Below, piece after piece: positions 51,335-63,516 of a DNA stretch of 64,000 nucleotides. Source of the DNA: Azolla caroliniana. Its lineage: Eukaryota; Plantae; Polypodiophyta. The position numbers were made by a program, and so were the translations under genes. Position 1 is the first letter of the stretch. Each line of letters opens with the position of its first letter. The stretch is from positions 6,448,001-6,512,000 of the forward strand of contig JBHGNT010000008.1 in assembly GCA_043228905.1 (NCBI GenBank). The letters are read 5' to 3'. Below the pieces are notes generated by a model, which was not told the origin of the DNA, ran no database searches, and saw nothing but the letters and a program-made list of their open reading frames with translations.

Positions 51335-53055
51335 ATAGTAGGAAATATTAAAATTTATATAACATGCATAGGGCAAGATTCAAACCTTGCACCTCCATGT
51401 TAATAATGTAATGTCTTACCATTACACTAGCATTTCATTTGTGTTTAAAAATAGATGTTCCACATAGAAAGCTTAGTTCACCTAGGATAAACTTTAGTTA
51501 AAAGAAAACGCATGCTAAAAGAAAAAGCTACACATGCACATCTAGCGTGCATGAACGCTATAGTTGATAAAAAAAACGCACAAGTTAGAAAAAGCATGAT
51601 CACTTTAGATAAAGCATATAGTCTATCTATAGGAAAAGCATGGAGTCTATAGTTAGAAAAAAAAAAAAAGCATGGACTCCCTCATCACTACATAAGGATG
51701 GGGAGCACAATGTAATAGGTGTGTGAAAAATATTTGGAAACTGGATATGTTTCTAAAAAACACCAATTAATAAACTATACTCGTGGGATTCACGAGAATT
51801 CTATATCATTCTCTTTCAACCGAAGTTTATATTCTTATATTCATATTGATTAATCTAATACAATACACTCGTGGGATTCACGAGTTTGTTATAACTCTTT
51901 CTTACAACATATTTATATTCTTATTAGCCTTAAAACTCTCCTCTTCCTAGTCCAAAACCCTAGTGGTTCCCACCCGACTCACGCAAACGATCCGGAGCCG
52001 AAAGGCACGACAACGGTCAATTAGATCGTCAGCCCACGGCAATGGATATGAATTCTTGATCGTCACTTTATTCAGGCGTCGATAATTAATACACATACGC
52101 CATGTGCCCTCTTACTTTTTTACCAAGAGAACAGGTGCACCCCATGCAGATTTACTATAACGTTGTCGTGTGAATCTTCACACTATGTAAAAAAATAATG
52201 AAATAATTATTATAGATTAGATTAGTAGCTTACTATAGAAAGATGGATATACTCAAGAGCTTCAAAACGTTTTTTACTATATACAAAATGGAGAAATACA
52301 TATCAAGTTATGTGAAAATAAAGTTTGTGAAGATAGGGAAATTAGAACTATCCCACATAGATAGGAAAGTTAAGGCCTTGGCTATATAAGCACCTTGAGC
52401 TCTCTCATTTTTCACTTGTGCTAAGAGCACTTTGGCCACTTTGTCTTGATAGATGATGGTGGCCAAATTCTCTAAAACTGGAAACCAGCCGGTAAGCAAG
52501 TCTGAAAATTGATCAGTAAGCAAATTCGGAAACTGGTCCGGTAAGCAAATCCGGAATCGGAACTGGCAAGCAAATTGGAACCGGAAACCGGCCGGTAAGC
52601 AAAACCGGAACTGGAATCGGCAAGCAAACTGGAACTGGAAGCTGGTCGGTATGCAAACTGGAAACCAGTCGGTAAGCAAAACCGGAAACTGGCCGATAAG
52701 CAAAATCGAAACCGCAACCGGCAAGCAAAATGGAACCGGCCAGCGAGGGATTCGGCAATCGGGCGGAATCGGCTACCGGACGAGGTTGGACGCGGATGGA
52801 CGGAAGATATGCAACAAACTAAAGTAAAGTGAAGAGGACTAAAGTAAAGGCCATGTGGACGGTCACATGTAACTAAACGAAAAAGGCATGCAACTAAAAG
52901 AAAAAGTTAAGCAACTAAAAGTAGAGGCCATGCAACAAAAAGTGGAAAGGCTATGATCAAGGGAGAACTCCATATATATTCCATTTTTTTTTCCTACACT
53001 CGGACTCTCTCCATAATATCTTAATTGTTTTACTTTTCTTTCGGAGCTCTCTTAT

Positions 53056-53275
53056 CTTATCGAAGCCATATCTCTCAAGTAAACCCTAATTTTCTTATCG
53101 AAACCATATCTCTCAAGTAAACCCTAATTTTCTTATCGAAGCCATATCTCTCAAGTAAACCCTAATTTCCTTACGGAAGCCATATCTTACTCATAACCCT
53201 AAATTTCCATATGGAAGCTATTCAACTCATAAAACCATAATCTCTTATCAAAACCAAAAACCCTAATTTTCTATA
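53056..53275 (+). repeat. 38-bp tandem repeat with telo-box AAACCCTAA inside the LTR
   Basis: cttatcgaagccatatctctcaagtaaaccctaatttt at 53056, 53094 and 53132, plus degenerate copies. Confidence 0.88.
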
Positions 53276-55297
53276 GAATTCATATCTTAATTTCCTCTAA
53301 TCTATTACTCTAGCCATCTCCATTAGCAATTTTTTTGTAATCCCAATCTTGGGATTAATTGCAATCTTTCTTTCTACTTGTTAATGAATTTTGTTAATCT
53401 TTCTCATTTCGGTTAATTCTTAGTACATAAATACACGAATTTGATATCCTCTAGTCAAAGGCCCCGGGGTCTTGCCTCAACATTCACGTATCCTTGTCAT
53501 ATTTTTGCGACATCTTTGGTGAACCCGACGTGAAACGAGGCAGTAGGAGGATATCAAGTACGAAGATGGCTTCTACAAGTGGAACTCAAGGAGAAGAATT
53601 GACGAAAGGCATGGTGTCCGTCGTCGAATTCATGCTGAAAGAGAGAGATTGGGAGGCTTTAGTCAACAAAGCTGTTGACCGAACTGTGGAGACAGTTGGA
53701 AGATTCGGTGGCAAGAACATCACAAATTTCCTTGCTACCTACCAAAACGAGATGCAACAAAGAGATGTCCATGATCTAAAACAAATTTCAAGCTTTAAGC
53801 GTGTGGTAGAACCCGGGATCCGTGAGCGCGTGATGGAGATCCAAAACAAGCATGCAACTTGGGCGGAGTTCGAAAGGGCTCTTCTCACTGAATACATGCT
53901 TGAAAACGCGTCACGGATGACTCGGCATACGCTAATGAATTGGATCGAGAAGAAAGGAAAGAATTTGTGTGCATCAGGAGTTTATGCCGAATTCGACCAG
54001 AAGTACAACCGACTTCTGAGTGTCGAGCAACGAGTTCTCGACGGAGATAAAGTCTTACTATTCCGCAACGAGTTCTCGAACACTCACGAAGAGAATGTGC
54101 TGACTTGCAAAATGCGATCCGCAAGAATGTCGTCTATTTGGACGGCAACATGATAAACTCAAGCGAGACCCGGAAGCCACTACGAGTGAACTTCGGAAGA
54201 GGTGGGCTGAAAAAGATTGTAGAAGAAGAAGATGCAAGGCATGTGGAGGCTATGCACTATGCCGCTTCAGCTAGGATACGAGTTGGAAAAGAGAATCTTA
54301 AAATGATCAAGCCAGGAGCTGGGTTTTGGCCAACGGTCTTCGAGTGCGAAGAAAAAGGCAAAATCAATTCGGAGGATCTAAAACTTGCTGACCGAAACGT
54401 GCGACGAGCTACTGGATGGTCAGATCCAATCGACGAAAACACAAGCTTTGTGGAGGTTGTGTGTGACACCTATGCAGCCCTTGTCGAAGAGAAGAGGAAA
54501 AGAACCGGTGAAGAAGATGGCACAGCAAAGCGACCTAACACGAGGAACGGAGGGAAAGAAGGGCCACCCCAACCTATCCCAAGAAAAGAGATTGGTGAAA
54601 CAAACATGAGGCCCGATGGATCGAGCCAACCTGTTCGGATGGAAGTCGAAGAATCAACGAAGAAAGGAAAAGAACGAGCGGCACCGACTTACAAGCTAAG
54701 GTCGGACATAGAACAAACAACTAACTTGCGGAAGGTCCTTGAGGAGAAGGTTTTAGATAGTCATGTTGACCTTACCTTGAGAGAGCTACTTGGGATCGCA
54801 AAGAAGGAGTTCCATGATACTATCGTGGACCTTATTAAAAGGAAGCGGCCTCATTGGGCAAGAGTGACAACGGAGACGCCGGTGAAGATCGGGGAGAAGA
54901 AAGAGACCGTGGTCACTTTGATTGACCATGGCTCAGAGATCAACCTCATGTTGACCGAGTTCTACAAGAAAGGAAGATGGCCGATTAATACAAACCACGG
55001 ATGGAAGATTCGAGCGGCGACGAAGGCTACGGAGGACTTGTATGGAGCTTGCCCCAACGTTAAAGTCACGATCGGGGATGTGGAGATTGATCAACATTTC
55101 TTCGTGCAAGACTCGGCTTCACATCCCGTCATCCTAGGACAACCATATATAACATCGTCCCGGATGGAGACCAAGGTGTTCGATAATGGAGTAGGCTTCG
55201 CGCGCGTCAAGAGTCTTGATAGTAAAAGATCTGTTCAATTCCTGACGGTGCGAGCTAATCATAAAAGGAACCGAGATAGCCTTGGAGGCGAATCCTC

Positions 55298-55361
55298 GGA
55301 TTTTTAAAGCGGACTATTGAAGCATGGGGCACAAATAGTCCGAGCAATCATAAGTCCCCAT
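55298..55361 (+). promoter_or_regulatory. Putative -1 frameshift signal G GAT TTT + H-type pseudoknot between PR and RT
   Basis: Heptamer before the TAA of gag-PR; stem 1 55310-55318 / 55334-55342; stem 2 atgggg 55324-55329 / ccccat 55356-55361; homologs at 17343, 25625 and 34235. Confidence 0.75.
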
Positions 55362-55932
55362 AAGGAAGCAGAGTGTGTGGATTGCAAGGAGAAGCAACAT
55401 GCATCACACCTAGCGGCGCATGCAAACTAAGACTACTCAACAAGAAGGAAAAGTGTCAGATACAAGACTTCGAGGAGGTGTTGAAAGAAGAAAGCATAAT
55501 CGAAGAAGAAGAATTCGTGTCATATATTTTGGAGGAAGCCTCATTTAACAACACCATCGGCGAAATCGAGGAAGTCATGGACTTGAGCTATCCTCACCAT
55601 CAACATGTGATTTCGGTTAACTCCGTCAACATGTATACTATCATCGATGAATATCATCGAGGCATCTTGATAGAGGAAGCCGAAGTCAACACAAAATATA
55701 AAACCGTGGATAGGAAGATCAAGCCAGTTGCAGTTCCGCTACCGGAAGATAGCTGGCAAAAAGATGAAGGAAGTTGCAAAAGATCCAAGCTTAAGGAACC
55801 CAAATACAATTGGTCACGTCTTCACTGAAGAGACGAAAGGAAAGCTACGAGTTGGAAGGGAGGATTTCCTCCTCCCTGAACAGGAGCGGATGTTTCGTGG
55901 AATGCTTGAAAGACATGGGAAGGCTTTCGCGT

Positions 55933-56663
55933 TGTCGAGCCTTTCCGCTCTGGATCGTTGTGTGAGTCGGGTGGGAACCACCGGGGTTTTGGACTAGGAG
56001 GAAGAATTTGAGACAATTCTAATTATGAGTAGATTATTAGAAACTTGTGAATCCCACAAGTATAATGTATTTTATTGATTAATATTTATGTAAGAATATG
56101 TATTTAGATTGATAGAGAAAGATATAGAAATCTCGTGAATCCCACGAGTATAGTTTATTAATTGGTGTTTTAGGAAATATATCCAATTTCCCAAATATTT
56201 CACACACACCTTACATTGTGCTCCCCATCCTTATGTAGTGATGAGGGAGTCTTAGCAATCCATGCTTTTTCTTCTCTAACTATAGACTCCATGCTTTTCC
56301 TATAGATAGACTATATGCTTTATCTAAAGTGATCATGCTTTTTCTATCTTGTGCGTTTTTTATCGACTATAGCGTTCATGCACGCTAGATATGCATGTGT
56401 AGCGTTTTCTTTTAGCATGCGTTTTTCTTTTAACTAAAGTTTATCCTACGTGAAGTTACCTTTTTTATGTGGGACACCTACTTTTGAACATGAATGAAAT
56501 GTTAGTGTAATGGTAGGGTTTCACATTATTAACATGGAGGTGCAAGGTTCGAATCTTGCCCTATGCATGTTATATATATTTTAATATTTTCTACTATTTA
56601 TTCATATTTATTAAATCGGTACTTTATAAGTTTTTCACGTAGTGTACGAAATACACTACGACA
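55933..56663 (-). mobile_element. Solo LTR related to the 48764 element, in inverted orientation
   Basis: Reverse-complement similarity to 48764-49507; 4-bp TSD GCGT/ACGT; interrupts FAF-SPQ of the host pol. Confidence 0.92.
56497..56591 (+). ncRNA. tRNA-like A-box/B-box cassette with downstream T-runs (in the inverted solo LTR)
   Basis: TAGTGTAATGGT 56503-56514, GGTTCGAATC 56546-56555, TTTT 56579-56582, TTTTT 56587-56591. Confidence 0.55.
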
Positions 56664-59600
56664 ACGTTTTTCCCACAAGAAATCGGGTGTGCTAATCCAA
56701 GGACGGTAGAACTGATGCTGATCTTCACGGTGCCACATGTGCCTTGGAATTTAAAACCAATACCGGTTCTGAGAGCACACCTACCGAAGCTTATCCAGCT
56801 CTTAAAGGAGAAGGTGAGGATGGGAATTCTAGAACCGTCGAACGCTCCTTATTCTAACAGGTGGTTCACGGTGCCAAAGAAGAATGGATCGTTGCAATTT
56901 ATTCCAGATCTTCAACCCGTCAACAAGGTGACAATTCGGAATGCTGGAATCGGTTTGAGTGTGGATGAATTTGCGGAGGCCTTTGCGCCAGTCCATCTAC
57001 TCCATCGACAATCTCTACTCTGGCTACAATCAATTCCAGTTGGCGGTCAAAAGTCATGACATTACAACCATGAGAACTCCAATCAGGTTGCTGCGGATGT
57101 GTACCTTACCTCAAGGCGCAACGAACTCGGTGGCTCATATGGGGAATGCCATGAACAAGGTCTTGAAGGATTGCATCCCGGATATCACAATGCCATTCTT
57201 AGATGATATTCCGATAAAAGGATGTTCGGAGGAAGAGAAAGATGAATCAAAAGATAAGGATGGATGTAGAAAGTTTGTCGTGGATCATATGAAAGATTGC
57301 GAGAAGGTGCTCCAAAGGCTCGAAGATGCAAATTTGACATTTTCGGGAGAAAAATCTGCATTCGGGCAACCGGAGATCCTGGTGGTAGGTCACTTGTGTG
57401 GAGCATATGGTCCGAAGCCTTCGCCATCCAAGGTGAATGCAATCCAAGACATGAAAGAGGAATGTGTAACCCAAACAGAGGTTCGAAGGGAGCTATGGGG
57501 AATCATCTCGGCAATCAAATCTGATCGTGATTACCTTATTGGAGTAGAAGTCATAATTGAGACAGATTGCCTACCAATTTTGGGTATGATATCTAGTTGT
57601 AATACACCGGATATTGCCATGTTGCGTAGGATTGCATATATCAAATCACTCAACCCGGAGATCCGTCATGTAGCTGGGAAGCGTAATGTCGTTGCAGACA
57701 TGCTATCACGAGCAAGATACGACGGAGAAGAAGATCGACATTCTGATGAAGATGATGTTGGCTTGGATTTCTTTGCAAGTTCCTATGCTCGGGTGTTGAC
57801 TACTTTCATAGAAGAGGACTACGAAGGCGAATTTGTGGAGATCGGGAAATACTTGAGTTCTCTCCAAAAAGATGAATCATGGTCGACGAAAGACTTCCAT
57901 CGAATTCGGAAGAAGGCATACAAGTATTTCCTTAAGGATGGAGCTCTTTGGAGGCATGCAAAAAAGAAGAATAGGACTCTGATGAGAGTTGTTTGCAAGC
58001 TAGAAGACCAACAAAAACTAATGTCTGAATTTCATGATAGTGTTTTTGTAGGCCATCGAGGAATATGGGCTACGTTTGCGAAGCTTAAGGAGAAATATTG
58101 GTGGTTGGGCATCTACAAAGATGTAGCAGCTTATGTGGAAACATGTAAGGAATGTCAGATGTTTTCGAATATTCGCCATCGAGATGGACTTCATCCAACT
58201 TACCCATTGGCTATGCATTACAAGTGGATGGTGGACATCGTGATGATGCCAATGGGGTGATGGCATATGAAGTATCTTGTGCTCGCGAGAGAGGATCTTA
58301 CCAATCAAGTTGAAGGGTGAGCATTAAGAACTAAGGAGACATCATCGGTATGTCGATTCCTTCTTGAAGATGTTATTTGCAGATATGGATGCGTCGACAA
58401 GATAGTGGCTCATAGAGGTGAGTTGGACGCCAATGAAGCTAGAGAATTCTTCTTGAGGATGGGAATCAAATTATCTCTTACCATGGCGTATAATCCGGAA
58501 GCAAATGGGAAGGTGGAACGTGGACATGGACCGATTGTGAAGGCTCTAGTGAAAGCTTGCCATGGGAAAATAGGAGAATGGTCGCGTCTATTGCCATTTG
58601 CACTATGGGCTGATAGGACTAGTCATAGCACGGTGACGGGATACATGCCGACAGAGCTCATATTCGGACAATAGCCAATAATGCCGATAGAACAAAGTAT
58701 TATTTCATGGTTTGCATTGCCATGGAAAGATGAGATAAGTAGAGAAGATCTTCTAGCATTGAGGATTCGACAATTAGAGCAGAATTTGGAAGATATAGAG
58801 GTGGCTAAAGCGCGGCTAAAGAATGCGAGGCTAAAGAACAAAAAAGACTTCGATAAATGACATCGACTTCGGTTGAGGTAAATCGTTGAGGGAGATTGGG
58901 TGTTAGTCTATGACACTAGCCTAGATAACCAACATAGTACGGCTCGAAAATTCTCACAACGATGGTTTGGGCCATATGTGGTGAAGAAAGTGGGAGATAA
59001 TGCAACATATCATTTAGTAGAACTGGATGGTACACCAGTTGCGTTGCCAATTGTCGGTAAAAGAATCAAGATCCTCAAGAGAAGAGATAGATTAGAAATT
59101 GGATTCGAAGCTTTTGACGATTCAGTCTTAAGCATTGATGAAAAAGTATAGTAAACAAAAGTGGAACCTCACCAAAATTGGCACATACCGGTGGATGTGC
59201 AAGTTTGGTGGGGGCGAATGTCGTGTGAATCTTCACACACTATGTAAAAAAATAATGAAATAATTATTATAGATTAGATTAGTAGCTTACTATAGAAAGA
59301 TGGATATACTCAAGAACTTCAAAACGTTTTTTACTATATACAAAATGGAGAAATACATATCAAGTTATGTGAAAATAAAGTTTGTGAAGATAGGGAAATT
59401 AGAACTATCCCACATAGATAGGAAAGTTAAGGCCGTGGCTATATAAGCACCTTGAGCTCTCTCATTTTTCACTTGTGCTAAGAGCACTTTGGCCACTTTG
59501 TCTTGATGGATGATGGTGGCCAAATTCCCTAAAATCGGAAACTGCCCGGTAAGCAAAATCGGAACCGGAACCGGCAAACAAACCGAAATCGGAAACCGGC

Positions 59601-59901
59601 TGGTCGGTATGCATATTGGAAACCGGCCGGTATGCAAATTGGAAACCGGTTGGTAATCAAAATCGGAACCGGAACAGGCAAGCAAATCGGAACTGGAACC
59701 GGCAAGCAAACCGGAACAGGTCGGCAAGCAAAACCAGAAACCGGCCAGTAAGCAAAATCGGAACCGCAACCAACAAGCAAAATGGAACCGACCGGCGTGA
59801 GATTCGACGATCGGGCGGAATCGGCTACCAGACGAGGTTGGACGTGGAAGGACAGAAGATATGCAACAAACTAAAGTAAAGTGAAGAGGACTAAAGTAAA
59901 G

Positions 59902-62900
59902 TGAAGAGGCAAGCTCAACCGGAGCCAGATCGGCTGAGCCGGTAAGTGAGATGAATCGGTATGCCGGTGAGCAACCGAGCCAGTAAGCAATAAGGACCGG
60001 TGAGTTGGGGAGCCGGTAGGCCGGATCTAATCCGTAACCGGAAGCCTAGTATAGGTTAGACTACTAGCAGTTATAGTCTCCTTGTTAGTGTCAGATGCTC
60101 GTGTGAGCATTGAAGTACACCGTACTTCTAATAGTCCCGTGTGGACTTGTATAAATAGCGCTGATGAGCGCATTGTAGATACATAGAAGATACAAAGTAC
60201 ATCGTATTCATATAATTTTGAAGAATAGTGTGTCCGACTCTCTCTCTCTCTCTTGGATATTGTTCTTTCTAACGCTTCCGCGAGCAATCTTTAACATGGT
60301 ATCAGAGTGTGTGGGTTAAGAACATCTATTGCAGACATCTACGCTTGTGAAGGAAACCCTAACAAATCGGAAAACAGACACAATAGGAGAAATGGACAGA
60401 GGTATGGCTACGTCACTCCCAGTGGAGAAGCTCGACAGAACCAACTACGCATCTTGGTCATACAAGATGCACCAGTACCTGCTTGGGGATGGCTACTGGA
60501 GTTATGTCGACAGAGTGAACGACTCAGCACCAAAGACGACACACAAGGATTTCCTAGTGTGGGAACAGGCGGCAAGCAGGGTGATGTACTGCTTCGTGTC
60601 CAGTGTCAGTGACCAGCTGCTCAGCGATATTTGTGACGCCAAGACACCGAAGGATGCTTGGGGAGACTTGAAAAAGGTCTTCGCCGCAAGCACCACTGCC
60701 CGGAAGCTACAACTCAGACAGGAGTTGAGCAATGTTCGAGAGAAGAACATGTCGGTGGCAGATTACACACACCGGATCAAAGGGATCTGTGACTCGCTTG
60801 CCTCTATTAACGTCACCGTAGAGGAAGACGAGATGGTGCAGGTCTGTCTTGGAGGCCTGGCGTCCAAGTTCGGAGCTTTCCGGACTGCGGTTTGTACAAG
60901 GGAGAATACGCCCTCATTTCTCGACTTATAGTCGATGCTCCTTGTAGAGGAGAACCACACCGGTGCATCTACCAGTGCATCCCCAGACAACCGGATGCTG
61001 TACACGGGAGCGGATCGATCCCACGGGCGTGGTGGACGAGGCAGGTCGGCACACAATGGAGGCGGCCGGCAAGAGCAGGAACGAAGGCACAGTGAGCATG
61101 CCGACAGCAATTCCGGGACTTCCACAAGTAGGGGGAGTCAAGGTGGTGCTAGAGGCCGGCAAGACAAATCCACTATGGAATGCTGGTACTGTGGCAAAAA
61201 GGGCCACAGGGAAAGTGAGTGCTAGAGAAAGCGTGCCGATTTGGACAAATCCGGATCCGGCAAGACCGGTAAGGAAGGTCGGCAAAGCTCGCACTACGCA
61301 AACGGATCGGGAGGATCCAAGAACGGTAAGAGGCCAGCCTTGGTGATGAAGCACAAGGCAAAGTCAATGAAGAAGACCACTTCCAAATCGGAGGAAGTGT
61401 GGTACGTTGACTCCGGCGCATTGAACCACATGACGAGCCACGGGGAGTGGTTCTCCTTTTTGGAGAAGCCGGATCAACCGGGAGTTATCGAAACTAGAGA
61501 TGACACTCCCCAGCCGATCGTGCATGTCGGAGAAGTCCCTTTGAGCCACGTCGGACAGAGGAGGAAGCTAATGAATGTATTACATGTTCCGACGATCACA
61601 AAGAACCTGGTGTCGGTCGGACAGATCGTCGACCAGGGGATGCAGGTGCGGTCTACGCACCTCGGGTGCTTCATTGAGGACGAGGGCGAAGTTATTGCGC
61701 AAGGGCGCAGAGATGGGAGGATGTTTATCCTCAACACCAATGACATCGGCACCGCACTGTTCGCCAAAAGACAGAAGGTCGAGTCGGATATCGACCTGTG
61801 GCACAAGTGGATCGGCCACGTCAACTACCGGAGGCTTCAAGACCTGCAAACGGAACAAGTCATTTTCGGTTTGCCGAAGTTTAGCAGCCAGAGAGCCCAG
61901 ATTTGTGAAGCCTGCCAACTCGGGAAGAAACACCGGCTTCCATTCCCCACCGAAAGAAATCGAAGCCGTAACAAGCTCGATCTGATCCATTCGGATGTGT
62001 GGGGACCGGCACAAAATGTTAGCATTGGCGGAAGTCGATATTTCGTCTCCTTCATCGACGACTACACGCGGCATACGTGGATCTACCTCATTGAGCAGAA
62101 GAGCGAAGTCTTCGAGTGTTTCCGGAGCCTCCAGAAGATGGTGGAATGGGAATTGGAGAGGAAGATCAAATGCCTACGGTCGGATGGTGGAAAAGAGTAC
62201 TTTTCCGACCAATTCAACAACTATCTACAACAAAAAGGAATTCGGTGAGAATTCAGCTGCAGATACACACCGCAACAGAACGGTGTGGCCGAAAGGAAGA
62301 ATCGGTCGCTGATTGACGTGGCTAGGGCAATGCTGGAGGAAAAGAGCATGCCCAAGTTCTACTGGGCGGAGGCAGTCCAAACGGCCGTTTACATCCAGAA
62401 CCGGATCGGGGACAAGGTGTCAGCTCACGAGTTGTATTTCGGGCGCAAGCTGAATTTGAGGCACCTTCAGATATTCGGCAGCATAGCCTATGTACATGTG
62501 CCGGATGAGAAGCGGAGAAAGCTGGATGCAAAATCGGAAAAATGCATCCTAGTCGGCTATGCTCAAGAGCAAAAGGGGTATAAGTGTTATAACCCCCGGA
62601 CGAAGCAGGTCCGAGTCAGCCGAGATGTCGAGTTTGATGAATCGGTATCGTGGTATTCCTTACTGACTCCTACTTCCGATCCCGACCCGATGTCGGAGGA
62701 TGGGGCTAGTGAGTCCGAACCGGCCCAGGTAGAGAAAGATGAAGCCGGGACTCAAAATGAGAATCCGGAATCGTTCCGGTGAAGCGGAGTGAATGAGAGA
62801 CTGGGTCGGTCCAACCAGTCGGATGATGAGACGGCAAGTAGTGGAGACACTGTCGTGCTCTCCCCGCGCAAGGAACAAAAGGAGACGGTTCACACGCAAA

Positions 62901-63516
62901 GAGAAGGGAAAGCAGAAGATGCCGGAATTCGAGACCGGCAATGATGAGTCGGATCGGTGCGTATCTGACTTCGGCAAGGACATAGGCAGATCTTCGGGAA
63001 CGAAGACTGAACCGGCCAAGAAGGGTCTCATATCGGGTGTCGGTGAGTTACGCCGGTCCACCCGCCACAAGGATCCCGTTAAACGGTATGGGTATAACGA
63101 CTACATGGCGCATCATTATGCGTACATGACCAAGGTGGCGGAAGTCCGTGAGCCGGAGAGCTACGCAGAAGCGGCAAAGGACGCAAATTGGCGTGCCGCT
63201 ATGGAGGAAGAAATGCAGCCAATGGAACTTGGGACCTGGTTGACCCTCCCCGTCACTGTAAACCGATTAGATGCAAGTGGGTGTACAAGGTGAAGTACAA
63301 TGCCGACGGTACAGTTAACCGGTACAAGGCCCGATTAGTGGCGAAGGGATATGCGCAGACCCACGGAATCGACTACGACGAGACCTTCGCTCCTATAGTG
63401 AAGATGACGACGGTTCGTGTGGTACTGGCGATTGCTGCGGCAAGGGGGTGGCATCTTCATCAGATGGATGTGAAGAGTGCCTTCCTTTAAGGAGATCTTG
63501 AAGAAGAAGTCTTTAT
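59902..63516 (+). mobile_element. Ty1/copia element (family A-like), lightly degenerate, interrupted in RT
   Basis: LTR ~59902-60296, PBS TGGTATCAGAG 60297-60307, gag with CWYCGKKGH, PR WYVDSGA, INT LIHSDVWGP / [19 protein letters not shown]...[12 protein letters not shown] start is inferred. Confidence 0.92.

Larger units (their letters stand above)
48764..52012 (+). mobile_element. Very young non-autonomous LTR element (3.25 kb)
   Basis: 744-bp LTRs 48764-49507 and 51269-52012 with about 2 visible mismatches; 4-bp TSD ACGG; PBS 49513-49530; PPT 51251-51268; no pol. Confidence 0.95.
45847..52163 (-). mobile_element. Degenerate chromovirus (3' LTR, chromodomain, INT, RH, RT), interrupted by 48764-52012 and by the element starting at 52164
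   Basis: LTR 45847-46301, PPT complement 46302-46313, chromodomain ERILD...KIKW...ATWE, INT WESISIDF...VDRLTKMA, RT MPFGLPNAPATFQ; RT continues at 52013-52163. Confidence 0.9.
52164..59901 (+). mobile_element. Gypsy element (tRNA-Trp PBS, FLDD RT) with internal deletions; 3' LTR interrupted by a copia
   Basis: 5' LTR 52164-53512, PBS 53517-53534, gag-PR to 55307, RT/RH/INT 55373-59151, PPT 59203-59218, 3' LTR from 59219. Confidence 0.92.
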
